A DNA stretch of 55,954 bases from an uncultured virus (IMG/VR IMGVR_UViG_3300020056_001325) (IMGVR_UViG_3300020056_001325), one strand, 5' to 3'. Positions 30,213-40,307 are shown, counted from the stretch's first letter. Numbers and translations: made by a program. Notes: generated by a model not told the origin, from the letters alone.

Positions 30213-30711
30213 TGATTTCTTAGAGAAAAGGGTTGATCCTTTTGACTTCGAAACACAAGATGCTAAACAAATTGAAAAAGATATGATTGAAATTATGGAA
30301 AAGCATCAGGGTGTAGGTTTGGCGGCTAATCAGGTCGAGTTTAACGGACAAATCTTTATTATTAAACCAACAGGATTAAAAGGTTACGAAGATGAAAAAC
30401 CTTTTGCAATTATTAATCCTAAAATTACAGCCGTGTCCGAAGAGATGATTGAAGGTGAAGAAGGCTGTTTAAGTTTTCCTTTACTATATCTAAAAGTAAA
30501 ACGACCATTTGGTTTGGTAACAGAGTGTCTTGACTCTAGCGGAAAAGAGTGTACAATAGAATTAACAGGTTGGAATGCAAGAATCTTTGGTCATGAATAT
30601 GATCATCTATATGGAATTAATTATATTGACAGAGTAAGCAAACTAAAACTTGATTTGGCTAAGAAGAAACAACAAAAATTAATAAAGAAATTTAGTAGGA
30701 GTAATGTATAG
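30190..30711 (+). CDS. def: Peptide deformylase
   Basis: GVGLAANQ, EGCLS, HEYDH. Confidence 0.95.
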   Translation: MKLITYPNDFLEKRVDPFDFETQDAKQIEKDMIEIMEKHQGVGLAANQVEFNGQIFIIKPTGLKGYEDEKPFAIINPKITAVSEEMIEGEEGCLSFPLLYLKVKRPFGLVTECLDSSGKECTIELTGWNARIFGHEYDHLYGINYIDRVSKLKLDLAKKKQQKLIKKFSRSNV

Positions 30712-32957
30712 TGGTAGAACCTAGCGAAAGTTTACAAGGAGTTTTTGACAAAGCAGTTAACGATGCTAAGAAACTTAATCATGACTATGTAACATTGGAG
30801 CACTTGTTGTTTGCTATGTTATGCGATGACGGTTTTGTTAATATTGTAAACGGGTTTGGAACAGATCCTGAGTATCTCAAAAAGAATGTTGAACATCATT
30901 TAAAAACTAAATGTGAAGATATTATTAGAGAAGCCGTTGATAAAAAATACAAGCCTAAAAAGACACAAGCAGTAGAGCGTGTTCTTAACAGAGCATTTAC
31001 ACAAGTATTGTTTAGCGGAAGAAGTACTATTGAAATACAAGATGTATTTTTAAGTATGTTTAGTGAAAAGAAATCTTGGGCACATTATTATATTGCACAA
31101 TCAGATATTGAAAAAGAGAAGTTTGCAGATTACTTGAATAACGAAATTGAACAGTCATTTGAAGATGAGGAAATGGCAGGTATGGCGGCAAGAGCATTGC
31201 GTTCATACACAACTAACTTAAACAAAGATGCCGAAACAGGTAAAATTGATCCTGTAATTGGCAGACACGAAGAACTAGAAAGTATTGCACTTGCACTAGG
31301 TCGCCGTAGTAAAAACAATGTGTTACTTGTAGGTGATCCAGGTGTAGGTAAAACTGCTATTGCAGAAGGACTTGCATGGAATATTGTAAACGGTGCTGTA
31401 CCAGAATTCTTAAAAGAGTATTCGGTATATAATTTAGACATTGGTAGTATGTTGGCTGGTAGTAAATATCGAGGCGACTTTGAAGAACGTTTTAAATTAG
31501 TTATTGCTGGGTTAAAGAAGCGTGGCAAAACTATTGTGTTTATCGATGAAGCACATATGATTAGTGGTGCTGGTGCTGGCGGAAGCCAAAGTTCAAACGA
31601 TCTTGCTAATATGTTAAAGCCTGTTCTTACAAAAGGAAATATTAAAGTTGTAGCATCAACTACTTGGGAAGAATATCGCAAGTACTTTGAAAAAGATCGT
31701 GCATTAATGCGTAGATTTGCAAGAGTAACCGTAGACGAACCAAGTAAAGAAATTGCTAAGAGTATTTTGCTAGGTATTAAGAAATACTACGAAGAATTTC
31801 ACGGTGTTGTTATTACAGAAGAAGCAGTTGACTCTGCTATTAAATTAAGTGTAAAATATCAAAGTGATAAGAAACTTCCAGATAAAGCAATTGACTTACT
31901 TGATTGTGCTTGTTCAAGATTTAAATTGAAAAAAGCAGAAGAAAAAATTGTTGACGTTGCAGAAATTCAATTTGAACTTGCAAAAGCAGTCGACCTACCT
32001 AAAGAGCAAATTGCTGAAACAGAAACAAGCAATCTTGCAAACTTAGAAAAGAACCTCAAAGCAGTTGTATTTGGTCAAGATGCATCGTTAGAAAGCATTG
32101 TTGATAAAATTCATGTTGCCCAAGCAGGACTTAAGACAGAAAATAAACCTATTGGTTCGTTTGTGTTTATGGGACCAACTGGTGTAGGTAAAACAGAAAC
32201 TGCAAAACAACTAGCAGACAACTTGGGTGTTAAACTTATACGTTTTGATATGTCAGAATATCAAGAAAAGCATTCAGTTGCTAAACTAATTGGTTCACCT
32301 CCAGGTTATGTGGGATTTGAAGAAAACGCAGGACTATTAATTACTAAGTTACAAGAAAATCCTAATGCTGTATTACTATTAGATGAGATTGAAAAGGCAC
32401 ATCCTGATGTAAGTTCGTTGCTATTACAAATTATGGACAACGGATTTGTTACAGGATCTAATGGTAAACAAGCAGACTGTAGAAATGTTGTTCTTATTTT
32501 AACAACTAACTTAGGTTCACAAGAAGCAGAACAAAATTCAATTGGGTTTGGTGATACTCTTGAAAAAGAATATGAAGACAAAGAACTTAAGAAGTTTTTC
32601 CCTCCAGAGTTCCGTAACAGACTTGACGGAATTATGTTGTTTGGTAAACTAGATAAAAATACTATGCTTAAGATTGTTGGCAAGTTCTTGCTTGATCTTA
32701 AAAATATGTTAAAAGAGAAAAATGTTAATACAACTATTACAGACGAAGCAATAGACTTATTGGTAGACAAAGGGTTCGATGCTAAGATGGGTGCAAGACC
32801 GTTACAACGTGTTATTGACGATCAGATTAAAACACCACTATCTAAAAAATTGTTGTTTGGTGAACTTAAAAACGGTGGCGACTTAAATATTGATATTAAA
32901 GATGGAGAATTCTTGTTAAATATCAAAAGCAAAGAAGTCGTAACCAATGAAGTATAA
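30711..32957 (+). CDS. clpA: ClpA-type AAA+ unfoldase
   Basis: Clp N domain (LEHLL), two NBDs (GDPGVGKT, GPTGVGKT), KYRGDFEER, PPGYVG, IGF ClpP-docking loop, MGARPL; no ClpB middle domain; GTG start with AGGAG. Confidence 0.9.
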   Translation: MVEPSESLQGVFDKAVNDAKKLNHDYVTLEHLLFAMLCDDGFVNIVNGFGTDPEYLKKNVEHHLKTKCEDIIREAVDKKYKPKKTQAVERVLNRAFTQVLFSGRSTIEIQDVFLSMFSEKKSWAHYYIAQSDIEKEKFADYLNNEIEQSFEDEEMAGMAARALRSYTTNLNKDAETGKIDPVIGRHEELESIALALGRRSKNNVLLVGDPGVGKTAIAEGLAWNIVNGAVPEFLKEYSVYNLDIGSMLAGSKYRGDFEERFKLVIAGLKKRGKTIVFIDEAHMISGAGAGGSQSSNDLANMLKPVLTKGNIKVVASTTWEEYRKYFEKDRALMRRFARVTVDEPSKEIAKSILLGIKKYYEEFHGVVITEEAVDSAIKLSVKYQSDKKLPDKAIDLLDCACSRFKLKKAEEKIVDVAEIQFELAKAVDLPKEQIAETETSNLANLEKNLKAVVFGQDASLESIVDKIHVAQAGLKTENKPIGSFVFMGPTGVGKTETAKQLADNLGVKLIRFDMSEYQEKHSVAKLIGSPPGYVGFEENAGLLITKLQENPNAVLLLDEIEKAHPDVSSLLLQIMDNGFVTGSNGKQADCRNVVLILTTNLGSQEAEQNSIGFGDTLEKEYEDKELKKFFPPEFRNRLDGIMLFGKLDKNTMLKIVGKFLLDLKNMLKEKNVNTTITDEAIDLLVDKGFDAKMGARPLQRVIDDQIKTPLSKKLLFGELKNGGDLNIDIKDGEFLLNIKSKEVVTNEV

Positions 32958-33603
32958 AACAACAAATAAACTATTCTACGATAAGTATAAGTTCAAATTA
33001 GGTGTAATCTGTCCTATTGCTCATATCTTTCGTAATAAAAAATTAGAATATGCTAGGTCTGCTATTGATAATATTATTAATAGTAAACAAGGTAACTCGT
33101 ATTTTTTAAAAACACGAATGCACGAAAGGCCTTTAACTGATTCACAAGTTGAAGATCTAAAAGTACTTCTTAATCACTTTACGTTTGCTGATCAAGAATA
33201 CTCATTACGTTGCGAAGGTTCGTATTTAGGAGTTTATTCTAATAACAAAGATTGGTTGTTACTTTTAGATAGCAAATTAAAGAATCCAAATAGCACACTA
33301 TTTGAACCGCCCGAAGGTATAGATCTTGATGCTAACACTATTATTAGCGAGGACGATACTTACCAACTAAAGATTACACTTAACGGTACTGCTGACCCTA
33401 ACCTAGCAAATTATTGTAAAAAGAATCCAGATAAAGTACGTGTTGGTCATGCAGTATTAGAAGATATTGAAAAGGGATATAATCTAAAAGGACGTTATAT
33501 TTTTGTTAAAGATGAGCAAACATTTACTATGATTAGCCTATTTTTAAACAAGAATGTGCTACGTACAGACAAAGTCCTAACAATAGAAAAAACAGATAAA
33601 TAA
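32947..33603 (+). CDS. Hypothetical protein
   Basis: 218 aa ORF overlapping the clpA stop. Confidence 0.65.
   Translation: MKYKTTNKLFYDKYKFKLGVICPIAHIFRNKKLEYARSAIDNIINSKQGNSYFLKTRMHERPLTDSQVEDLKVLLNHFTFADQEYSLRCEGSYLGVYSNNKDWLLLLDSKLKNPNSTLFEPPEGIDLDANTIISEDDTYQLKITLNGTADPNLANYCKKNPDKVRVGHAVLEDIEKGYNLKGRYIFVKDEQTFTMISLFLNKNVLRTDKVLTIEKTDK
33595..33602 (+). promoter_or_regulatory. Late promoter GATAAATA (leaderless)
   Basis: AGATAAATAATACTATG, identical to 38695-38711. Confidence 0.7.
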
Positions 33604-33607
33604 TACT

Positions 33608-33958
33608 ATGTCCACAAGTACTACAATATTATCAGCACAAACACACGTAGGAGACAGTTCTGTACAGACTCATACGGGTGACAAATATCAGGGTGATGGC
33701 TACTACGGTAGATCAGACGGCTTTCACACAGCACAATTTAACTACACAGGGTTCTTAGGAACTGTTAAATTGCAAGGCACACTTGCTACCAATCCAGTTG
33801 CAGGTGATTGGTTTGACATTACTGGTACTGATATTACTACAACATACTCACAAGATGGTGTAGATTTTAAGAATTTTACTGGTAATTTTGTGTGGGTTAG
33901 AGCAGTAATTGAAAATTGGACAGACGGTACAATAAACAGCGTCTTACTAAATCATTAG
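33608..33958 (+). CDS. Hypothetical late beta-rich protein
   Basis: 116 aa; ATG 5 nt after GATAAATA; no SD. Confidence 0.65.
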   Translation: MSTSTTILSAQTHVGDSSVQTHTGDKYQGDGYYGRSDGFHTAQFNYTGFLGTVKLQGTLATNPVAGDWFDITGTDITTTYSQDGVDFKNFTGNFVWVRAVIENWTDGTINSVLLNH

Positions 33959-33966
33959 GAAGTAAC

Positions 33967-34239
33967 ATGGAAAATTTTATTAGCATTGTATGGAATAAAA
34001 AGCAAGTAGCAGAAGTAGACGAGTATCTCGTTGATGCTATTCTTGAATGTGCTGACGAAGGATTACTAGAAGACGAAACTATGTATGAGTCATATAATAC
34101 TGTAAATGACGGTATTGTGCTTACTGTAGGACTACATAAAGCACTATCAGAGTCAGAATCTAATGTTGTAGCAGAAAGAGTAGCAAACAAACTGTTTGAT
34201 CTAGGCTACAGCAACTTCGATATCGAAATCAGCATCTAA
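33967..34239 (+). CDS. Acidic hypothetical protein
   Basis: Start placed at MENFIS after AGGA RBS. Confidence 0.6.
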   Translation: MENFISIVWNKKQVAEVDEYLVDAILECADEGLLEDETMYESYNTVNDGIVLTVGLHKALSESESNVVAERVANKLFDLGYSNFDIEISI

Positions 34240-34247
34240 CAATTATT

Positions 34248-34255
34248 GATAAATA
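34248..34255 (+). promoter_or_regulatory. Late promoter GATAAATA
   Basis: Intergenic, before 34288. Confidence 0.7.
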
Positions 34256-34287
34256 CTTTATAATACGTATTATGAAGGTGCTATCAT

Positions 34288-35049
34288 ATGACTAATAAAA
34301 CATTTAAAGATTATCTTGCTGAAGTAGCCTTAGGCGAAGGAAACTATTCCAAGGTAGTTGTTAAAGGCAATAATACTAAAATACCAACAGCGGCTCAACA
34401 ACTAGGTTGGAAAACAGAACCTAGTGCTTTTGGACAAGAATTTACAACAATCCTTCCAGATAGTAACCCACTTGATAAAGACGCTATTGATAAGTTTATA
34501 GCCGATTTAGGACTTGCATTTTCTTCAGGCGACTGGGCTAAAAAAGAATCTTATTCTCCAGGCGATGAGAACGAACCAGACATGGTAAGCAACTGTTGCG
34601 GAGCGGCTATTGCAGATGTTTATGACGGTGTAGGAAGATGTACTGATTGTCAAGAAATGGCAGAGGCTGTACCTGAAGATGAAAATGAGTCAGACGAATT
34701 AGCAAGATTAAAAACACTATCTAACGTTTTTGAAGAAACATATGATGGTGATGACTTCTATGAAGCATACGGTGATTTGTGGTTTAACGAAGATGACATT
34801 GTTGACGAAGCAGAATACCAAGGACGTAAAGTTAAACTAGGCAAGCCTATGCGTGGCGATGTTAAAAAGTTTAAAGTATACGTAAAGGATCCTAAAACAG
34901 GTAACGTAAAGAAAGTTAACTTTGGCGATCCTAATATGAAGATTAAAAAATCTAATCCAGCACGTAGACGTTCATTCCGTGCTAGACATAATTGTGATAA
35001 TCCAGGGCCAAGAACAAAAGCAAGATACTGGAGTTGTAGAAAATGGTAA
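34288..35049 (+). CDS. Putative head internal protein with basic C-terminal domain
   Basis: N-terminal KTFKDYLAE resembles the T4 capsid-targeting sequence; C-terminal KKVNFGDPNM...RRSFRARHNC...RYWSC. Confidence 0.6.
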   Translation: MTNKTFKDYLAEVALGEGNYSKVVVKGNNTKIPTAAQQLGWKTEPSAFGQEFTTILPDSNPLDKDAIDKFIADLGLAFSSGDWAKKESYSPGDENEPDMVSNCCGAAIADVYDGVGRCTDCQEMAEAVPEDENESDELARLKTLSNVFEETYDGDDFYEAYGDLWFNEDDIVDEAEYQGRKVKLGKPMRGDVKKFKVYVKDPKTGNVKKVNFGDPNMKIKKSNPARRRSFRARHNCDNPGPRTKARYWSCRKW

Positions 35050-35378
35050 AAGCAGTAGATTTTGATAGCAAACCTGAAAAAACAGAATTACCTTATAGTG
35101 TAGTTCAAGACCTTCAAACACATATGAAGAACGATCCTATCTTTTATAGGAAGTCTTACTATCCAACAATGTGTGATTGTCAAAATAAAATTAAGAATGG
35201 TAATTCAATTGGTCCAATTGATTTAGAAAAAATGATCGAAACAGGTGTAAAACATTACTGTTCAAAATATGATATTCCTAAACGTCCTGAAGAACTTTTA
35301 TCCAAAGAAGAAAAAATGTCTCTTGCAGAATTAATCTTCGGAGAAGAAGAGGAGTTATTGAGAAACGGGGAGTATTAA
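35043..35378 (+). CDS. Hypothetical protein
   Basis: 111 aa ORF, translationally coupled. Confidence 0.6.
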   Translation: MVKAVDFDSKPEKTELPYSVVQDLQTHMKNDPIFYRKSYYPTMCDCQNKIKNGNSIGPIDLEKMIETGVKHYCSKYDIPKRPEELLSKEEKMSLAELIFGEEEELLRNGEY

Positions 35379-36151
35379 TGTTACTTCGTCACCTTACGGA
35401 AAACCAAAAGATTGCTGTTTTTGCTTTTGGCAGAATGAATCCGCCTACCATTGGGCATAAGAAATTAGTTGATAAAATAACTTCTATTCCAGGTGACCAC
35501 TTTCTTTTTTTATCACATACTGTAAAACCTAAAACAGATCCTTTATCACACAAAGAAAAAGTTTACTTTGCACAAAAAAGTTTCGGTACAGATATAACTA
35601 TTGGTTCGCCCGATGTTAGAACTATTATCGATGCTATGAAAAAACTATACACACTAGGTTATACAAAAGTAATTTATGTTGCTGGTAGTGACAGAGTTGA
35701 TAGTTTTGATCAATTACTTAAAAAATATAATGGCGGTGATGATTATACATTTGATGTAATCGAAGTTGTGAATGCTGGTGAACGTGATCCTGATGCAGAA
35801 GGTGCAGAAGGAATGAGTGCTAGTAAATTAAAGGCGGCGGCCGCACAAGATGACTTTGATACATTTAAACAAGGTGTTGCTGGAGACGAAAATCTAGCAA
35901 AAGAAATGTTTGATGCAGTTAAACAAGGCATGGGCATTAAAAACGAAATACTAGGGTTTACTACTCGCAATGTTCCGCGTACAACTATTAAAAAGAAACG
36001 TGCTCCGGAAGAGCCAAGTGTACAGGATAAATTAAAAGCAAGAAGAGCCGCGGCGGCTAAAGGCGACAAAGACGCATTCACACACAAGTTTAATAAAAAA
36101 GACGAAGACCTAGCAGAATGGTTTATTAGTATGGCACGGAGTGGCAAATGA
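35378..36151 (+). CDS. Phage cytidyltransferase-like (HxGH) protein
   Basis: FGRMNPPTIGH, VAGSDR, AGERDPDAEG..GMSASK. Confidence 0.8.
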   Translation: MLLRHLTENQKIAVFAFGRMNPPTIGHKKLVDKITSIPGDHFLFLSHTVKPKTDPLSHKEKVYFAQKSFGTDITIGSPDVRTIIDAMKKLYTLGYTKVIYVAGSDRVDSFDQLLKKYNGGDDYTFDVIEVVNAGERDPDAEGAEGMSASKLKAAAAQDDFDTFKQGVAGDENLAKEMFDAVKQGMGIKNEILGFTTRNVPRTTIKKKRAPEEPSVQDKLKARRAAAAKGDKDAFTHKFNKKDEDLAEWFISMARSGK

Positions 36152-36351
36152 GATTTGCTGAGATAGAATCCGTATACGAAAACTTTGCTGATGGTAAAAA
36201 GAAAGGCAAAAGTCGTCCTGGTCGTGTAAAGAAGGCTGGCGCAAGTTGTAAAGGAAGTGTTAGTTCATTACGTGCTAAGGCTAAAAAGTACAGTGGTGAG
36301 AAAGGTAAAATGTATCACTGGTGTGCTAATATGAAGGGCGGTAAGAAGTAA
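36148..36351 (+). CDS. Small basic protein
   Basis: MRFAEIE...ENFADGKKKGKSRPGRVKK; 67 aa. Confidence 0.65.
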   Translation: MRFAEIESVYENFADGKKKGKSRPGRVKKAGASCKGSVSSLRAKAKKYSGEKGKMYHWCANMKGGKK

Positions 36352-36569
36352 TGGACGATATAAAGCAATTACAAAAACTAGCAGGTATTGGTGAATTTAA
36401 AGGATACACAGAATACAAAATAGATGAGAATCCTAGTTTAACTGCTACTGCTATTAAACAAAAAGAACGTGACATGGGTGTTAAGCCTGGTGATCCAGAA
36501 TGGTTTAAACTTTGGTTTTCAAAACCATTTATGACAGGTATGCCACAATTCAGAGGCCGTAAGAAATGA
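36351..36569 (+). CDS. Hypothetical protein
   Basis: 72 aa; DIKQLQKLAGI, KPGDPEWFKLWF. Confidence 0.65.
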   Translation: MDDIKQLQKLAGIGEFKGYTEYKIDENPSLTATAIKQKERDMGVKPGDPEWFKLWFSKPFMTGMPQFRGRKK

Positions 36570-38704
36570 GATTTAGAGAATTAAAAGAAAACGGCGGATT
36601 AATTGTACCAGGAGTTAATACTACTGTTGATGTAGGCCCTAATGAAATCCCTAAACAAGCAAAGAAATTTGGAAATTCGGTTGACAAACAAGGCAAACCG
36701 TTATATACTATGCACAAGAAAGCACATAAGAATAGCGATCCAAACACATTGTTTAATTTAGGAATGGCAGAGAGTAAAAAAGATATAAAGAAACCAATTA
36801 AAGCAAGAGATCCAAATTGGAAAGATATGGAAGCATTACGCAAAAGTGGTGCCGCTGGATCGCATAAAGACAAGTCAAAAATTATTCCCCGCAAACAAAA
36901 GTATAAAAACGTAGACGAACGTATGGGTAAAGAACTGTCTAGTGCTACAGAAATTTTTGTAGACATGGACGGTGTCCTTGCAGATTTCTTTCCTGCTTGG
37001 AAAAAACTTGTTGGTGCTGATTGGAGAGAAATTAAAGATATTGAAGATGCACTACAAAAAATTAGAGACAAAGAAGACTTTTGGTTGTCTTTGCCTTTAA
37101 CACCTAACGCCAAAGGATTACTAAATATTATTAAGGATCTTAAAGGCGAATATAAAATACTAAGTGCTCCTCTAGCAAATGATCCTAAAGCAGAGCCACA
37201 CAAAAGAGAATGGGTTAAAGATAATTTAAGTTTCTTTCCGCCTAAAGAAGTTATTATTACAGCAGACAAATGGAAGTTTGCTAAACAAGCAGATGGAACA
37301 CCAAACATATTAATTGATGACTTTGGTAGTAACATTAGAAATTGGGAATCAAAAGGTGGTGTTGGATTTAAACACAAAGATCATAAGTTTGAAAGGACGG
37401 CTGGTAATTTGAAAGACTACTTTAAAAAACCTGCAGAAGAAGTAATGGACGAAGGTATTACTGATAAACTATCTGGATTTGCTGATAAAATATTAGGCAA
37501 AATGGAAAAATGGTGGAACAAACAAGTCAATGCACACGAGATGGCTTGGGCTGAAGTTGAAAAAATATTGAAACCATATGCAGAAGAATTAAGAGATTTA
37601 ATCAAAGATCCAAACGACTTTGGTATGTTAATGCTTTTGATAAAACATAACCAAGGTAAGAAACCATTACTAGATAAATTGTTTGCAAAAATTAGACAGT
37701 TTGGTATTAAGGCTGTTTATAAAATGCAAGGACTTGAAGATAAATTTGCAACTGAAGATATAGAAGAAGGTGCGTTAAGTATTCCAGCATCTAAACTACC
37801 ATCATTTGTTTCAGATATGGTTAAAAATCTTGATCCTAATAGAACAAAAGACTTAATGGATATTGCACGTAAACTAGGTAAAGAAGTTTATGTTAAAAAG
37901 GATCGTATTGTAATACAAGATCCTGACTTTGATCCACACAAAAAAGACGAAGGTGAATTAATTCCTAATCCTAAAAATACTTCTTTAGTTAAATCAGATT
38001 CAGACTATGACTTTATGAAACTTGGTACTAATATAGCCAATGTCAAAGATGTTGATCCTGAAGATGTAAATCCTAACGATCCTGATATTATGCTTCAATT
38101 TTGGGGTGGCGAAAAAGAAAAGAAATACATGATGAAACAATTAAAGCGTCTTGGATATGATATACAAGATGCTGATAAGCCAGGTGATGATGCACAGTAT
38201 GACGAGCGTGAACTTACTAAAGGCGAAGAAAAAGACAAAGAGCGTATTGTTAAAGGAATGAAAAAAGGTTCAGCAGACTTTAAAAAGCGTTATGGAGATA
38301 ACTGGAAAGCAGTTATGTATGCAACTGCAACTAAGTTGGCTAAAGAAGGTTATGATCTAACTGAAACTGGATATGAAGATCCTTCATACTTTTATATAAC
38401 AAACGGCATGGCTCCACCGCAAGTACGTGAAGAAGATTTACAAGAGTTTACTAATGAAGAAGTATATATGGATATTTCATTAATAAAACCTGTACAACGT
38501 AATAGATCCTGGGATAAACTACACAAGCAAATGACTCGTGTAAAAGAAGGCAACTATGCTCCTATAGTAATTGATAATACAGGATATATTGTTAATGGTC
38601 ATCACAGATATGATGCACTTAGATTTATGGGCGAAACAGACGCTAAAGTTAGAATAATGAAAGGGTCATTGCGTGAAATAATTAGTTTAATGCAAGATAA
38701 ATAA
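36566..38704 (+). CDS. Multi-module protein: HAD 5'(3')-nucleotidase-like domain, ParB/Srx-like C-terminal domain and several small modules
   Basis: FVDMDGVLADF, ILSAP, NILIDD (HAD); APIVID...IVNGHHRYDAL (ParB-like). Confidence 0.75.
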   Translation: MRFRELKENGGLIVPGVNTTVDVGPNEIPKQAKKFGNSVDKQGKPLYTMHKKAHKNSDPNTLFNLGMAESKKDIKKPIKARDPNWKDMEALRKSGAAGSHKDKSKIIPRKQKYKNVDERMGKELSSATEIFVDMDGVLADFFPAWKKLVGADWREIKDIEDALQKIRDKEDFWLSLPLTPNAKGLLNIIKDLKGEYKILSAPLANDPKAEPHKREWVKDNLSFFPPKEVIITADKWKFAKQADGTPNILIDDFGSNIRNWESKGGVGFKHKDHKFERTAGNLKDYFKKPAEEVMDEGITDKLSGFADKILGKMEKWWNKQVNAHEMAWAEVEKILKPYAEELRDLIKDPNDFGMLMLLIKHNQGKKPLLDKLFAKIRQFGIKAVYKMQGLEDKFATEDIEEGALSIPASKLPSFVSDMVKNLDPNRTKDLMDIARKLGKEVYVKKDRIVIQDPDFDPHKKDEGELIPNPKNTSLVKSDSDYDFMKLGTNIANVKDVDPEDVNPNDPDIMLQFWGGEKEKKYMMKQLKRLGYDIQDADKPGDDAQYDERELTKGEEKDKERIVKGMKKGSADFKKRYGDNWKAVMYATATKLAKEGYDLTETGYEDPSYFYITNGMAPPQVREEDLQEFTNEEVYMDISLIKPVQRNRSWDKLHKQMTRVKEGNYAPIVIDNTGYIVNGHHRYDALRFMGETDAKVRIMKGSLREIISLMQDK
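38696..38703 (+). promoter_or_regulatory. Late promoter GATAAATA (leaderless)
   Basis: ATG 5 nt downstream. Confidence 0.7.
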
Positions 38705-38708
38705 TACT

Positions 38709-38939
38709 ATGCTAATAAGAGAAATATTTAATAGAAAAGTAGACGAAACAGCAACAGCGGGTGCTACAAGTGCCGGTGCTATTGCTACAGTAGTTAATCC
38801 AGCACAAGCATATGGACAGCGTCCTAAGGATTCAAAAGGACTGCCTAAGGCTCCGCAAAAGAAAAATCCAGATGGAACTGCTAAAAACGCCCTCGACATT
38901 GATAACAATTTGATGGGTGGCAAAACAGTTAAAAGATAA
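38709..38939 (+). CDS. Small late protein
   Basis: MLIREIF...DETATAGATSAGAIATV; ATG 5 nt after GATAAATA. Confidence 0.65.
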   Translation: MLIREIFNRKVDETATAGATSAGAIATVVNPAQAYGQRPKDSKGLPKAPQKKNPDGTAKNALDIDNNLMGGKTVKR

Positions 38940-38942
38940 ATA
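38935..38942 (+). promoter_or_regulatory. Late promoter GATAAATA (leaderless)
   Basis: ATG 5 nt downstream. Confidence 0.7.
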
Positions 38943-38947
38943 CTAGT

Positions 38948-39355
38948 ATGAAACAGGACAAACTAATGATTGAAGCAGAAAAATTACTTAACGAAGGCTT
39001 AGCCGACATGGCTGATATGGCCGAACGTGATCATGAAGTACAAATGGCACGTGCAGATTTATACAAGTTAGCAAAGTATTCAATCAAGTTACACGAAATG
39101 CTTAAAAGCGTATCTGAGCAAGAAGGCTTAGAAGGGTGGGTACAGGCTAAGATTACCAAAGCCGCTGACTATTTAGGTTCTGTTTATCATCATATGGATT
39201 ATCAAACAAAATTCGACGAAGTTGCTACTGAAGGCAAGTACAAAAACGATGCACAACGCAAAGCAGTACACGCCGCTAAAGCAGAAAAGAACGAAAACAA
39301 AGATTCTTACATTTCAAAACTAGAACAAAGACTATCAGAATCACTAGGAGAGTAA
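38948..39355 (+). CDS. Hypothetical late protein
   Basis: DHEVQMARADL...LEGWVQAKITKAADY; ATG 5 nt after GATAAATA. Confidence 0.7.
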   Translation: MKQDKLMIEAEKLLNEGLADMADMAERDHEVQMARADLYKLAKYSIKLHEMLKSVSEQEGLEGWVQAKITKAADYLGSVYHHMDYQTKFDEVATEGKYKNDAQRKAVHAAKAEKNENKDSYISKLEQRLSESLGE

Positions 39356-39356
39356 T

Positions 39357-40307
39357 ATGAAACTTTCGGACATCACAGAAGAGTTCGAAGGCTTAAATGA
39401 AGCACCTCCAGGCGGATTCAATCCTAAAGCATCATTAGACAGAGCAGATAACAAACTACGTACAGGTGCAGTAGGTAACTGGCTTAGTAAATTAAATAAA
39501 GCAGTTAATAAGAAATACGCATCAAATTATCAAATCGATCCTAATGTTCCAGATGGTGGTATTGATCACGGTAAAGATATAGATGCTTATGTTAAAGGCA
39601 AAGACTTTGACAAACCTGCTAAAGAGAAACCTGCACCAAAAGCAGAACCTGCTCCTGCTCCTGCTCCAACAAAACCACAACCAATTAAAGATGTCGGTAA
39701 ACTAAAACCCGGTAGTGCATTTAACGATGGCAATACTACTTGGCAATGGGACGGAACACAATGGAGTGACGGTAAGAATACACAAGATCCACAAACAGGT
39801 TTAAAACAATTTAATAAAGCACTGGCAAAAGGTCAAGCAATGGTTAAAGAAAAGGAAACTAATCCTTACTTTAATCCTTCTATTAGCGAAGCACCTCCGG
39901 GTGTAGGAATGTTAAAAAAAGCGGCTGGTAAAGTAGCACAAAAAGGTGCTAATATGGCTGTAGGTGCAGTAGCAAAAGCGGCTGGTGCGACACCTGATGA
40001 AGTTAAAGCGGCGGCACAACAACAAGGCGGACTTGCAGGTAAAGTTGCTGGAATGGCCGGTGGTGCAGATACGCAAAAGGTTGCACAAAAAGCAACAGCA
40101 CTTAAAGGTGTTACAGGATCAACAGCAAGTGGTGCTCAAGTTGCTAAAGGACTAGATAAAGTTGCACAAGGCCAAACTGTTCCACCAAATGTGCTTAAAG
40201 CAATTTCACCGTATGCTCAAAGCATTATGACTATAATGCAAGATCCACAACTTATGGGCAAGTTTAAACAATTAATGAAACAAGCAAATAAGGGTGGGCA
40301 ACAATGA
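39357..40307 (+). CDS. Ala/Lys/Gly-rich putative head internal protein
   Basis: MKLSDITE N-terminus; two EAPPG sites; PAPAP linker. Confidence 0.65.
   Translation: MKLSDITEEFEGLNEAPPGGFNPKASLDRADNKLRTGAVGNWLSKLNKAVNKKYASNYQIDPNVPDGGIDHGKDIDAYVKGKDFDKPAKEKPAPKAEPAPAPAPTKPQPIKDVGKLKPGSAFNDGNTTWQWDGTQWSDGKNTQDPQTGLKQFNKALAKGQAMVKEKETNPYFNPSISEAPPGVGMLKKAAGKVAQKGANMAVGAVAKAAGATPDEVKAAAQQQGGLAGKVAGMAGGADTQKVAQKATALKGVTGSTASGAQVAKGLDKVAQGQTVPPNVLKAISPYAQSIMTIMQDPQLMGKFKQLMKQANKGGQQ

Noticed and set aside
30530..30557. TTGACT-16-TACAAT inside def as a clpA promoter
   Set aside because: Spacer and -10 are suboptimal compared with the other promoters; plausible but not supported enough to list.
36550..37377. 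275 aa minus-strand ORF and other long antisense ORFs (31130-31681, 27680-28201, 8362-8811)
   Set aside because: They shadow well-supported plus-strand genes, have no RBS or recognisable motifs, and are expected from codon bias.
39625..39680. CCTGCT short tandem repeat
   Set aside because: It encodes a Pro-Ala linker; no sign of a separate DNA-level function.
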